Translations under genes and position numbers: made by a program
The notes under the pieces: generated by a model
Told to the model about the DNA's origin: nothing
Database searches by the model: none
What the model saw: the letters and a program-made list of their open reading frames with translations, nothing else
Part shown: positions 7,640-14,310 of the stretch, piece after piece
Numbering within the stretch: position 1 is the first letter of the stretch
Layout: the number at the start of each line of letters is the position of its first letter
Source of the DNA: Candidatus Gilichinskyi gelida
GTDB lineage: Bacteria; Acidobacteriota; Thermoanaerobaculia; Gp7-AA8
Length of the DNA: 20,175 nt
Assembly (NCBI GenBank): GCA_038040385.1
Contig: JBBPII010000026.1
Location: forward strand, 1 to 20,175
Direction of reading: 5' to 3'

Positions 7640-9181
7640 ATGGGCCGAGGGCTGCTTGCGAAGCTGAAGTCGCTCCCGCGACGAGCGGGTGAGCGGCCGG
7701 AGCGCGCCTCGTCGATCCTTCTGCCGTTCTTCATCATCGTGGTCGGAATGAGCGTGCTGGCTTGGCGTTCGTACGTTTTGTCCGGCCGCACGGAGCGCGG
7801 CACCAGGACCATCGCCCGGCAGTACGCCGCGTACGCCGCGGACATCACCGCCAGCCGGTTCGACGCCGCCGTCCGCAACGAGCTGTCGAAGGCATCCGAA
7901 GACTGGCAGCAGGTCGAGCGCCGGCCGCCCGTCACCGGCGACGATCTTCACGCCTGGCTGCACGCGCACGACTGGATCACGTCGGCGTTCTATGTCCCCG
8001 ACGCAAATCCCGAGGGGGCGATCTATTCGAGCGATCGCGGCGAGAAGCCGCAGGGGACGGCGCAGACCCTGGAGATCTACACCTCGAACGGCGTCGTTCG
8101 CTATACGTACGACCCCGTCCGCCTGATGGCGCGGGTGAAGCCGACCGCCCTGCAGCCGCCGCCGGCGGTGGCGACGCGGGAGCTCTCGCAGCAGGCGCAG
8201 GTCGCCGTAGTGTTCGGCGCGCTGCGCCGCGGCGCGGTGGCTGTCGAGCATGGCTTCGCCTACGCCTCGCCGCTCGAGGCGCCGCTGTCGTCGTACGCCA
8301 TACGCGCCTTCGTCGACACCGGGCACGCCGTCTCGAGCTGGGAGAATCCGCGGGTCATCAGCCTTTCATTGAGCGTCGTCGCCGTCGGCTTCACTCTCCT
8401 CGGTCTGATGCTGGCGATCGGCGGTCTGCGCCGGGAGACGGAGACGATGAACCTCCGCGCCGCGCTGGTGGCCAACGTGTCCCACGAGCTGCGGACGCCG
8501 CTGGCGATGATCCGCCTCGGCGCGGAGACGCTCAAACGCGGCGCGCGCCTCGGCGAAAAGCAGCGGCTGGAGATCGAGGACTCCATCCTCCGCGAGGTGC
8601 TCCACCTGTCGCATCTGGTGGAGAACGTCCTCGACGTCGCGCGCATGCAGAACAAGAGCACCAAGGCGCTGGCCTTCACGCCGGTCTACCCGCGCGACCT
8701 GGTGACTACGCTGATCTCCACGTACGAGTCGTGGATTCGCAGCAAGGGATTCGAAGTGCGGCTGCGCATCGACGATCCGATCGACGAGCAGTCGTGGGAC
8801 CGCGAGGCGGTGTCGCGCGCGCTGCTGAACCTGATCGACAACGCCATCAAGTACTCCGGCGACGACAAGGTGCTGGACATCGCCCTCCGCCAGACCGAGG
8901 AGCACGTGGTGATCGAGGTGACCGACCACGGCATCGGGATCGACCCGACCGATTTGTCACGTATTTTCGAGCCATATTATCGTGCGCAATTTTCAGATAC
9001 ACAGACTCGCCGCGGCGCCGGCCTCGGCCTGACCCTGGTCCAGCAGATCGTGGCCTCGCACGGCGGCACGATCGAAGTCGAGTCCCAGCCGCGCAGCGGA
9101 TCGACGTTCCGCCTCCTCTTCCCGCGGGCACCGCATCCGCGTCACGACGCCCTCGGCGCGCTTTCGCCGCAGACCACATGA
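7640..9181 (+). CDS. Sensor histidine kinase: two transmembrane segments, a periplasmic sensor, and HisKA plus HATPase_c domains
   Basis: GGAGGA RBS. TM1 LLPFFIIVVGMSVLAW. Periplasmic domain of ~200 aa. TM2 VISLSLSVVAVGFTLLGLMLAIGGL. H-box NVSHELRTPL, N-box LLNLIDNAIKYS, G-boxes DHGIGI and GAGLGL. Confidence 0.9.
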   Translation: MGRGLLAKLKSLPRRAGERPERASSILLPFFIIVVGMSVLAWRSYVLSGRTERGTRTIARQYAAYAADITASRFDAAVRNELSKASEDWQQVERRPPVTGDDLHAWLHAHDWITSAFYVPDANPEGAIYSSDRGEKPQGTAQTLEIYTSNGVVRYTYDPVRLMARVKPTALQPPPAVATRELSQQAQVAVVFGALRRGAVAVEHGFAYASPLEAPLSSYAIRAFVDTGHAVSSWENPRVISLSLSVVAVGFTLLGLMLAIGGLRRETETMNLRAALVANVSHELRTPLAMIRLGAETLKRGARLGEKQRLEIEDSILREVLHLSHLVENVLDVARMQNKSTKALAFTPVYPRDLVTTLISTYESWIRSKGFEVRLRIDDPIDEQSWDREAVSRALLNLIDNAIKYSGDDKVLDIALRQTEEHVVIEVTDHGIGIDPTDLSRIFEPYYRAQFSDTQTRRGAGLGLTLVQQIVASHGGTIEVESQPRSGSTFRLLFPRAPHPRHDALGALSPQTT

Positions 9182-9195
9182 CCAAACCGTGGAAC

Positions 9196-9236
9196 GCCGC
9201 CGTCTCGGCGGCTGGCTCGCAGGCGTCTCGCCTGCG
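9196..9236 (+). promoter_or_regulatory. Two adjacent small hairpins with identical GTCTC loops in the kinase/regulator spacer
   Basis: gccgcc-GTCTC-ggcggc (9196-9212) and cgcaggc-GTCTC-gcctgcg (9218-9236), starting 15 nt after the HK stop. Confidence 0.4.
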
Positions 9237-9238
9237 GC

Positions 9239-9275
9239 GGCGGGGACGCCGCCAGGCCAGCCGGCGGGGACGCCG
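9239..9275 (+). promoter_or_regulatory. A direct repeat GGCGGGGACGCCG in two copies with a 24-nt period, upstream of the response-regulator gene
   Basis: The exact 13-mer occurs at 9239-9251 and 9263-9275, about 45 nt upstream of the regulator ATG. This is a candidate binding site, for example for the OmpR-type regulator itself. Confidence 0.35.
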
Positions 9276-9318
9276 GCGCTCCGAAACTTTCCTACGACGA
9301 CGTTCGTAAAGGAATGAC

Positions 9319-10017
9319 ATGACAAAGATCTTGATCGTTGAGGACGAAGCGGGACTGCGGCAGGGGCTGGAGATCAACCTCCGCATGGAAAACTACGAAA
9401 CCGTGCAGGCGCCCGACGGCGAGGAGGCCGTCCGCCTCTTCCACGCCGAGTCGCCGGACCTGGTCCTGCTCGATCTGATGCTGCCGAAGAAGAGCGGCTT
9501 CGAGGTCCTCGACCACATCCGCAAGTTCTCGAAGGTGCCGGTCATCCTCCTCACCGCGCGCGGGCAGGAGACGGACAAGGTCCGCGGCCTCCGCGGCGGC
9601 GCGGACGACTACGTCACCAAGCCCTTCGGCCTTCAGGAGTTGTTCGCGCGAATCGACGCCGTCATGCGCCGCAGCGAGACGGTCGTCGCGGCGAAGGCGA
9701 TCTGCGAGGACACCCTCATCAAGCTCGATCCCTCCACCCGCGAGGCGTCGGCAAAGGACCAGAAGCTCAAGCTGTCGCCCAAGGAGTTCGACCTGTTGAT
9801 GTACCTCTTCAAGAACAAGGAGCGCGTCGTGCCGCGCGACGAGCTGCTCTCGCGCGTCTGGAACTACCGCGTCGACCTCAATCTCAACAGCCGCACCGTC
9901 GACACGCACGTCACCCGTCTCCGCCGCAAGCTTCAGAAGGCGGTCGGCACCGACGCGGCCGTGATCGTCGCCGTGGCCAAAATCGGCTATCGCTACCTCG
10001 GCGAGACGACGGCGTAG
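9319..10017 (+). CDS. OmpR/PhoB-family response regulator (REC plus winged-helix)
   Basis: MTKILIVEDEAGLR...LLDLMLPKKSGFEVL...DDYVTKPF..., then a C-terminal trans_reg_C ...LSPKEFDLLMYLFKNKERVVPRDELLSRVWNY...VDTHVTRLRRKL. AAGGA RBS. Confidence 0.9.
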   Translation: MTKILIVEDEAGLRQGLEINLRMENYETVQAPDGEEAVRLFHAESPDLVLLDLMLPKKSGFEVLDHIRKFSKVPVILLTARGQETDKVRGLRGGADDYVTKPFGLQELFARIDAVMRRSETVVAAKAICEDTLIKLDPSTREASAKDQKLKLSPKEFDLLMYLFKNKERVVPRDELLSRVWNYRVDLNLNSRTVDTHVTRLRRKLQKAVGTDAAVIVAVAKIGYRYLGETTA

Positions 10018-10046
10018 AATCGTCCCTCGCTTTATCGGAGGAGACG

Positions 10047-11057
10047 ATGCACGGAAAGATCTACGACAACATCACCGAGCTGATTGGAAACACGCCGCTG
10101 GTGCGGCTTCATCGCGTGCCGGATGACGGCGCGGCCGAGGTGCTGGTCAAACTGGAGCTGTTCAACCCTCTTTCCTCGGTCAAGGACCGCATCTCGATCT
10201 CCATGGTCGACGATGCGGAGAAGACGGGCGAGCTGAAGCCCGGCAGCACGATCGTGGAGGCCACCAGCGGCAATACCGGCATCGGTATCGCCTTCGTCGC
10301 CGCGGCGAAGGGCTACAAGTGCATCCTGGTGATGCCGGACACGATGTCCATCGAGCGCCGCAAGCTGCTCGAAGCCCTCGGCGCGCAACTGATCCTGACG
10401 CCCGGCACGATGGGACTGCCCGAAGCGCTGCGCCTGGCGGCAGAGATCGCCGAGAAGACGCCAGGCGGGTGGCTGTCGAAGCAGTTCGAGAATCCGGCGA
10501 ATCCCAAGATCCATCGCGAGACCACGGCGCAGGAGATCCTGCGCGACACCGGCGGGAAGCTCGACGCCGTGGTGGCCGGCGTCGGCACCGGCGGCACCAT
10601 CACCGGCTGCGGCCAGGTCATCAAGAAGCAGAATCCGGACGTGCTGATGGTGGCCGTCATGCCTGTGGAGGCGCAGACGCTCAAGGGCGGCCCGTACGCG
10701 CCGCACAAGATCCAGGGAATCGGCCCGAGCTTCATCCCGAAGATCTACGACGCCTCGGTCGTCGATCAGGTCCGCGACGTGACGTTCGACGACGCGGTCA
10801 AGACCGCGCGCCGGCTGTCGAAGGAAGAGGGCATCTTCGTCGGCATCTCCTCCGGCGCCATCGCCTGGGTCGCGCTGCAAGTCGCGAAGGAGCTCGGCGC
10901 CGGGAAGCGTGTGGTGGCCATCCTGCCCGATACGGGCGAGCGCTACCTGTCGACCGCATTGTTCGAGTACACCGAGATGGTGAATCGCCCGGCGACGCTG
11001 CCGGCGCCGGCCCCCGCGCCGGTGGCCACCGCCCCCCCGCCGCCCACCCCGCAATGA
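10047..11057 (+). CDS. cysK: Cysteine synthase (O-acetylserine sulfhydrylase), with a Pro/Ala-rich C-terminal tail
   Basis: IGNTPLVRL, the PLP-lysine context SVKDRI, TSGNTGIGIAFVAA, and the GVGTGGTITG glycine loop. GGAGGAG RBS. A C-terminal tail PATLPAPAPAPVATAPPPPTPQ. Confidence 0.9.
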   Translation: MHGKIYDNITELIGNTPLVRLHRVPDDGAAEVLVKLELFNPLSSVKDRISISMVDDAEKTGELKPGSTIVEATSGNTGIGIAFVAAAKGYKCILVMPDTMSIERRKLLEALGAQLILTPGTMGLPEALRLAAEIAEKTPGGWLSKQFENPANPKIHRETTAQEILRDTGGKLDAVVAGVGTGGTITGCGQVIKKQNPDVLMVAVMPVEAQTLKGGPYAPHKIQGIGPSFIPKIYDASVVDQVRDVTFDDAVKTARRLSKEEGIFVGISSGAIAWVALQVAKELGAGKRVVAILPDTGERYLSTALFEYTEMVNRPATLPAPAPAPVATAPPPPTPQ

Positions 11058-11509
11058 AACGCCTGCTCGCCCTGCTCGTTCTCGTCACGTCGCCGGCCCT
11101 CGCCGTCGACATCACGCCGGCCTCGGTCGTCGCGGCGATGAACGAGCAGCGCGTGCGCGCCGGCCTCCAGCCCCTGCGCGAGGACCCGCGCCTCGACGCC
11201 GCGGCCGGCGACCGCATGCGCGACATGGAGGAGCTGAGCTACTGGGCACATGAGGCGCCCGACGGCCGCTCGCCCTTCACCTGGCTGCGCCCGCGCGGCT
11301 ACCTCTTCCGCTTCGCCGGCGAGAATCTGGCCGTCGGATTCGAGACCACCGAGCACCTCGTCGGCGGCTGGATGGAGTCCAAAGGCCACCGCGAGAACAT
11401 CCTCTCGCCCGACTACGCCGACTGCGGCATCGCCGTCATCGACGGCGGCACGATGCGGAGGGTGTCGGGGAAGTCGGTGGTGGTGCTGTTCGGGTCGCTG
11501 GCGCATTGA
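11054..11509 (+). CDS. Secreted CAP/SCP (PR-1-like) domain protein
   Basis: Signal peptide MKRLLALLVLVTSPALA, then ...LSYWAHEAPDGRSPFTWLRPRGY...AGENLAVGF...GWMESKGHRENILSPDYADCGIAV.... The ATG overlaps the cysK stop (ATGA at 11054-11057). The ORF-track entry 10319..11509 is an out-of-context extension. Confidence 0.75.
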   Translation: MKRLLALLVLVTSPALAVDITPASVVAAMNEQRVRAGLQPLREDPRLDAAAGDRMRDMEELSYWAHEAPDGRSPFTWLRPRGYLFRFAGENLAVGFETTEHLVGGWMESKGHRENILSPDYADCGIAVIDGGTMRRVSGKSVVVLFGSLAH

Positions 11510-11512
11510 TCT

Positions 11513-11542
11513 TGTGCGATGTCTTGTGCGATCCTTCGCACA
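11513..11542 (+). promoter_or_regulatory. A putative VapB operator: TGTGCGA in two direct copies and one inverted copy overlapping the vapB start
   Basis: tcTTGTGCGATgtcTTGTGCGATcctTCGCACAtgg. The direct 11-mer TCTTGTGCGAT occurs twice, and its core is inverted (TCGCACA) immediately at the ATG. This is the typical autoregulatory layout for type II antitoxins. Confidence 0.45.
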
Positions 11543-11742
11543 TGGCAACCAATCTTGCAATCGACCCGGAACTCCTCGAACGAGCCTTGGCAGTGAGCGG
11601 AGAGAAGACCAAGACCGCCGCAGTCACGCGCGCTCTCGAGGAATTCATCGCCCGGCGCGAACAAAGAAAGATCACCGAGCTTTTTGGCACCCTCGAGTGG
11701 GATCCGACTTACGACTACAAGGCCGGGCGGTCCCGTCGTTGA
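11542..11742 (+). CDS. vapB: Type II antitoxin VapB (Rv0623/PSK-like, ribbon-helix-helix-like)
   Basis: 66 aa: MATNLAIDPELLERALAVSGEKTKTAAVTRALEEFIARREQRKITELFGTLEWDPTYDYKAG. This matches the VapB-family pattern (NxxIDDELxxxAxxLTGxKTKxAVVxxALRExVxRRxQ). The ORF-track start at TTG 11506 is an alternative. Confidence 0.8.
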   Translation: MATNLAIDPELLERALAVSGEKTKTAAVTRALEEFIARREQRKITELFGTLEWDPTYDYKAGRSRR

Positions 11743-12164
11743 AGCTTCTGGTCGACACGAGCGTGTGGTCGCTGGCTCTGCGCCGCGATGAACCTTCGAC
11801 CCACGCCACCGTCACCTTCCTAACGCAGGCCCTGTGGCATGGAGATTCGGTATTCACCACTGGCCTGATCTTGCAGGAGCTCCTGCAGGGATTTCATGGC
11901 CCGAAGACTCGAGACGAGATTCTCAAGCGATTCGATGCACTGCCGCTGATCATCCCTCAACAAGAGGACCACATTGCAGCGGCCGATCTGCGGAACGAGT
12001 GCCGCCGCCGCGGCGTGCAGGTCGACACGATCGACGCGCTCCTCGCGCAGCTCTGCATCCGTCATCAGTTGACGATGCTCACGACCGACGAGGATTTTGT
12101 GAGCGTGGCGCGCTACGCGCCGCTCAACCTCTGGCGCGCCCCCACCCCAAATACCCCCCCTTGA
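11739..12164 (+). CDS. vapC: PIN-domain ribonuclease toxin VapC
   Basis: The TTG start overlaps the vapB stop (TTGA). LKLLVDTSVWSLALRRD...TTGLILQELLQG...TIDALLAQLCIRHQLTMLTTDEDF gives the conserved acidic residues of the PIN fold. The ORF-track entry 11250..12164 is the same frame with a meaningless extension. Confidence 0.8.
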   Translation: MKLLVDTSVWSLALRRDEPSTHATVTFLTQALWHGDSVFTTGLILQELLQGFHGPKTRDEILKRFDALPLIIPQQEDHIAAADLRNECRRRGVQVDTIDALLAQLCIRHQLTMLTTDEDFVSVARYAPLNLWRAPTPNTPP

Positions 12165-13191
12165 GATGCTTGGCGCGCGCGAAGCCCGCGTCGCGCATGA
12201 TGTCCAGCGCGCGCGCCGACCGCCCACCCGCTTCGCAGTAGAGGACGATCTCGGCGTCGCGCGGGAGCTCGTCGAGGCGGTTGGCGATGTCGCCCAGGGG
12301 GATGTGGCGGGCGCCGTCGATGTGCCCGGCGTGCCACTCGTACGGCTCGCGGACGTCGACCACCACCGCGCCCTCCATCGCCGCGAGCTGCGCGGGCGTG
12401 ATCTCGTCCGCATTCGCCGGGTTACAGAAGGCGTCGTAGTCGATGAGCTCCGTGATCGCGGCGTGCTTGTCGTGCTGCGCGCGCAGCTTGAGCGTGCGGA
12501 ACTCCATGCGCAGCGCGTCGAACAGCAGCAGCCGGCCGAGGAGCGAGTCGCCGATGCCGGCGAGCAGCTTGATGACCTCGATGGCCTGAATGGTCCCGAT
12601 CACGCCGGGCAGCACGCCGAGCACGCCGCCCTCCGCGCACGACGGCACGAGGTGGGGCGGCGGCGGCTCGGGGTAGAGGCAGCGGTAGCAGGGGCCGTGA
12701 CGCGCGTCGAAGACCGACGCCTGGCCGTCGAAGCGAAAGATGGAACCGTAGACGTTCGGCTTGCCGAGGAGCACGCAGGCGTCGTTGACGAGGTAGCGGG
12801 TGGGGAAATTGTCGGTGCCGTCGACGATGACGTCGTAGCCGCGCAGGACATCGAGCGCGTTCTCCGCCATCAGGGCGCCGGGGTGGGTGACGACCTCGAT
12901 CTCGGGGTTGAGGTCGAGCAGCCGCGCGCGCGCCGCGTCGAGCTTCGGCGCGCCGACGTCGGATGTGCCGTAGAGCACCTGCCGCTGCAGGTTGGTGATG
13001 TCGACGTCGTCAAAGTCGACCAATCCGATGCGGCCGACGCCGGCCGCCGCGAGGTAGAGCGAGGAGGGGCTGCCGAGACCGCCCGCGCCGACGATGAGGA
13101 CCGAACCGGCTTTGAGTTTTTCCTGCCCTTCCTCGCCGAATTGGGGAAGGGTGAGGTGGCGAGCGTAGCGAACGCGTTCTGAAGGATTCAC
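12124..13191 (-). CDS. moeZ: Sulfur-carrier/molybdopterin-synthase adenylyltransferase with a C-terminal rhodanese domain (MoeZ/MoeB-ThiF type)
   Basis: 355 aa with a GTG start. VLIVGAGGLGSPSSLYLAAAGVGRIGLVDFDDVDITNLQRQ, a CYRCLYPEPP Zn-Cys motif, and a rhodanese domain ...VLYCEAGGRSARA...KGGYLGW with the active-site Cys. Confidence 0.85.
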   Translation of the reverse strand: MNPSERVRYARHLTLPQFGEEGQEKLKAGSVLIVGAGGLGSPSSLYLAAAGVGRIGLVDFDDVDITNLQRQVLYGTSDVGAPKLDAARARLLDLNPEIEVVTHPGALMAENALDVLRGYDVIVDGTDNFPTRYLVNDACVLLGKPNVYGSIFRFDGQASVFDARHGPCYRCLYPEPPPPHLVPSCAEGGVLGVLPGVIGTIQAIEVIKLLAGIGDSLLGRLLLFDALRMEFRTLKLRAQHDKHAAITELIDYDAFCNPANADEITPAQLAAMEGAVVVDVREPYEWHAGHIDGARHIPLGDIANRLDELPRDAEIVLYCEAGGRSARALDIMRDAGFARAKHLKGGYLGWGRARG

Positions 13192-13634
13192 GGCAATAGC
13201 CGGCCCACGATCTCAGAGATCTTCCGCCCCTCCACCCGCCCTTTGAAGCGCGCGGCCGCCTCCTTCATCACCTTCCCCATGTCCTTCTTCGACTGCGCAC
13301 CGGTGGAGGCGATGATCTCGCGCACGCCGGCTTCGATCTCTTCGTCGGTGAGCTCGGGCGGCATGTAGGCCTTGAGGATCTCCATCTCGCGGCGCTCCTT
13401 CTCCGCGAGCTCGGGCCGGTTGCCCTTGGTGTACTGCTCGATGGAGTCCAGGCGCTGCTTGACCGCCTTGCGGATGACCGCCAGCGCCTCGTCGTCGGGC
13501 AGCTCGTGGCCCGACTCGATCTGCGCGTACTTGAACGATGACTGCAGCATGCGCAGGGTGGAGGTTTTCTCCGCATCGCGCGCCCTCATCGACTCGGTGA
13601 GGTCGGCGCGGACCTGTTCGGTCAGTTTGCTCAT
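13188..13634 (-). CDS. yqeY: GatB/YqeY-domain protein
   Basis: From Met48 of the ORF-track entry: MSKLTEQVRADLTESMRARDAEKTSTLRMLQSSFKYAQIE...LTDEEIEAGVREIIASTGA...MGKVMKEAAARFKGRVEGRKISEIV. Its stop overlaps the moeZ GTG start (GTGA). Confidence 0.8.
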   Translation of the reverse strand: MSKLTEQVRADLTESMRARDAEKTSTLRMLQSSFKYAQIESGHELPDDEALAVIRKAVKQRLDSIEQYTKGNRPELAEKERREMEILKAYMPPELTDEEIEAGVREIIASTGAQSKKDMGKVMKEAAARFKGRVEGRKISEIVGRLLP

Positions 13635-13655
13635 CGAATCGCATAGTATCGCGCC

Positions 13656-14231
13656 ATGCCGCTCGACGTGCCCGCGCTGCTCCAGGAGACCGGCGCGCTG
13701 CTCGAGGGACACTTTCGTCTCTCGTCCGGCCTGCACAGTCCGAACTACGTGCAGTGCGCGCTGCTGCTGGAACATCCGCGCAACGCGAAGGCCCTCGGCG
13801 AGGCGCTGGCGGCGCGCATTGAGCCGATCGGAGCGCAGCGCATCGTCGCCCCCGCCCTCGGCGGCGTGATCATCGGCTACACCGTGGCCGAGGCCCTCGC
13901 GTTGCCGTTCGTCTTCACCGAGCGGAAGGAAGGACAGATGACCCTCCGCCGCGGCTTCCGCATCGGCCGCGGCGAGCGCGTGGTGATCGTGGAGGACGTG
14001 GTGACCACCGGCAAGTCGACGCGCGAAACGGCGAAGGTGGTGGAGGAGCAGGGCGGGGTGGTGGGCGGGTTCGCGTCGATCCTCAATCGGAGCGGGAAGG
14101 GGAATCCGTTCGATGCGCCGTATGCTTTTCTGCTCGCGCTCGATCTGTCGACGTTCGACGAGTCTTCTTGTCCGCTTTGTAAAGCCGATGAGCCGCTCGA
14201 TGCACCCGGTTCGCGGTTTACGTCATCCTGA
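13656..14231 (+). CDS. pyrE: Orotate phosphoribosyltransferase
   Basis: 191 aa. GALLEGHFRLSSGLHSPNYVQCA and the PRPP-binding loop VVIVEDVVTTGKST. Confidence 0.85.
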   Translation: MPLDVPALLQETGALLEGHFRLSSGLHSPNYVQCALLLEHPRNAKALGEALAARIEPIGAQRIVAPALGGVIIGYTVAEALALPFVFTERKEGQMTLRRGFRIGRGERVVIVEDVVTTGKSTRETAKVVEEQGGVVGGFASILNRSGKGNPFDAPYAFLLALDLSTFDESSCPLCKADEPLDAPGSRFTSS

Positions 14232-14295
14232 GCCGCGAAGACGGCGAAGGATCTCAGTCAGCGCGTAGGAGATCCTTCGCTGCGCTCAGGATGAC
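14222..14295. repeat. A 74-nt imperfect palindromic element overlapping the pyrE stop
   Basis: The outer 12-bp arms gtcatcctgagc and gctcaggatgac pair perfectly. The inner arms gaaggatctc and gagatccttc also pair, with a bulge cgcgaagacggc against gcagc. The pyrE TGA lies inside the left arm. This is a REP-like element or terminator at the junction with the truncated carboxylase-like ORF. Confidence 0.55.
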
Positions 14296-14310
14296 GGATA
14301 AACTCGGCCG

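Noticed and set aside
9239-9275. A possible CRISPR-like or tandem repeat array.
   Set aside because: It has only two copies of a 13-mer with a 24-nt period, no spacer/repeat architecture and no cas genes. It is treated as a candidate regulator-binding site instead.
12136-12161. The C-rich string gcgcgcccccaccccaaataccccccc, read as a mobile-element end or attachment-site core shared with 20141-20175.
   Set aside because: The match is short and gapped in a C-rich context. There is no integrase, no transposase, and no flanking direct repeats. It is kept only as a low-interest note.
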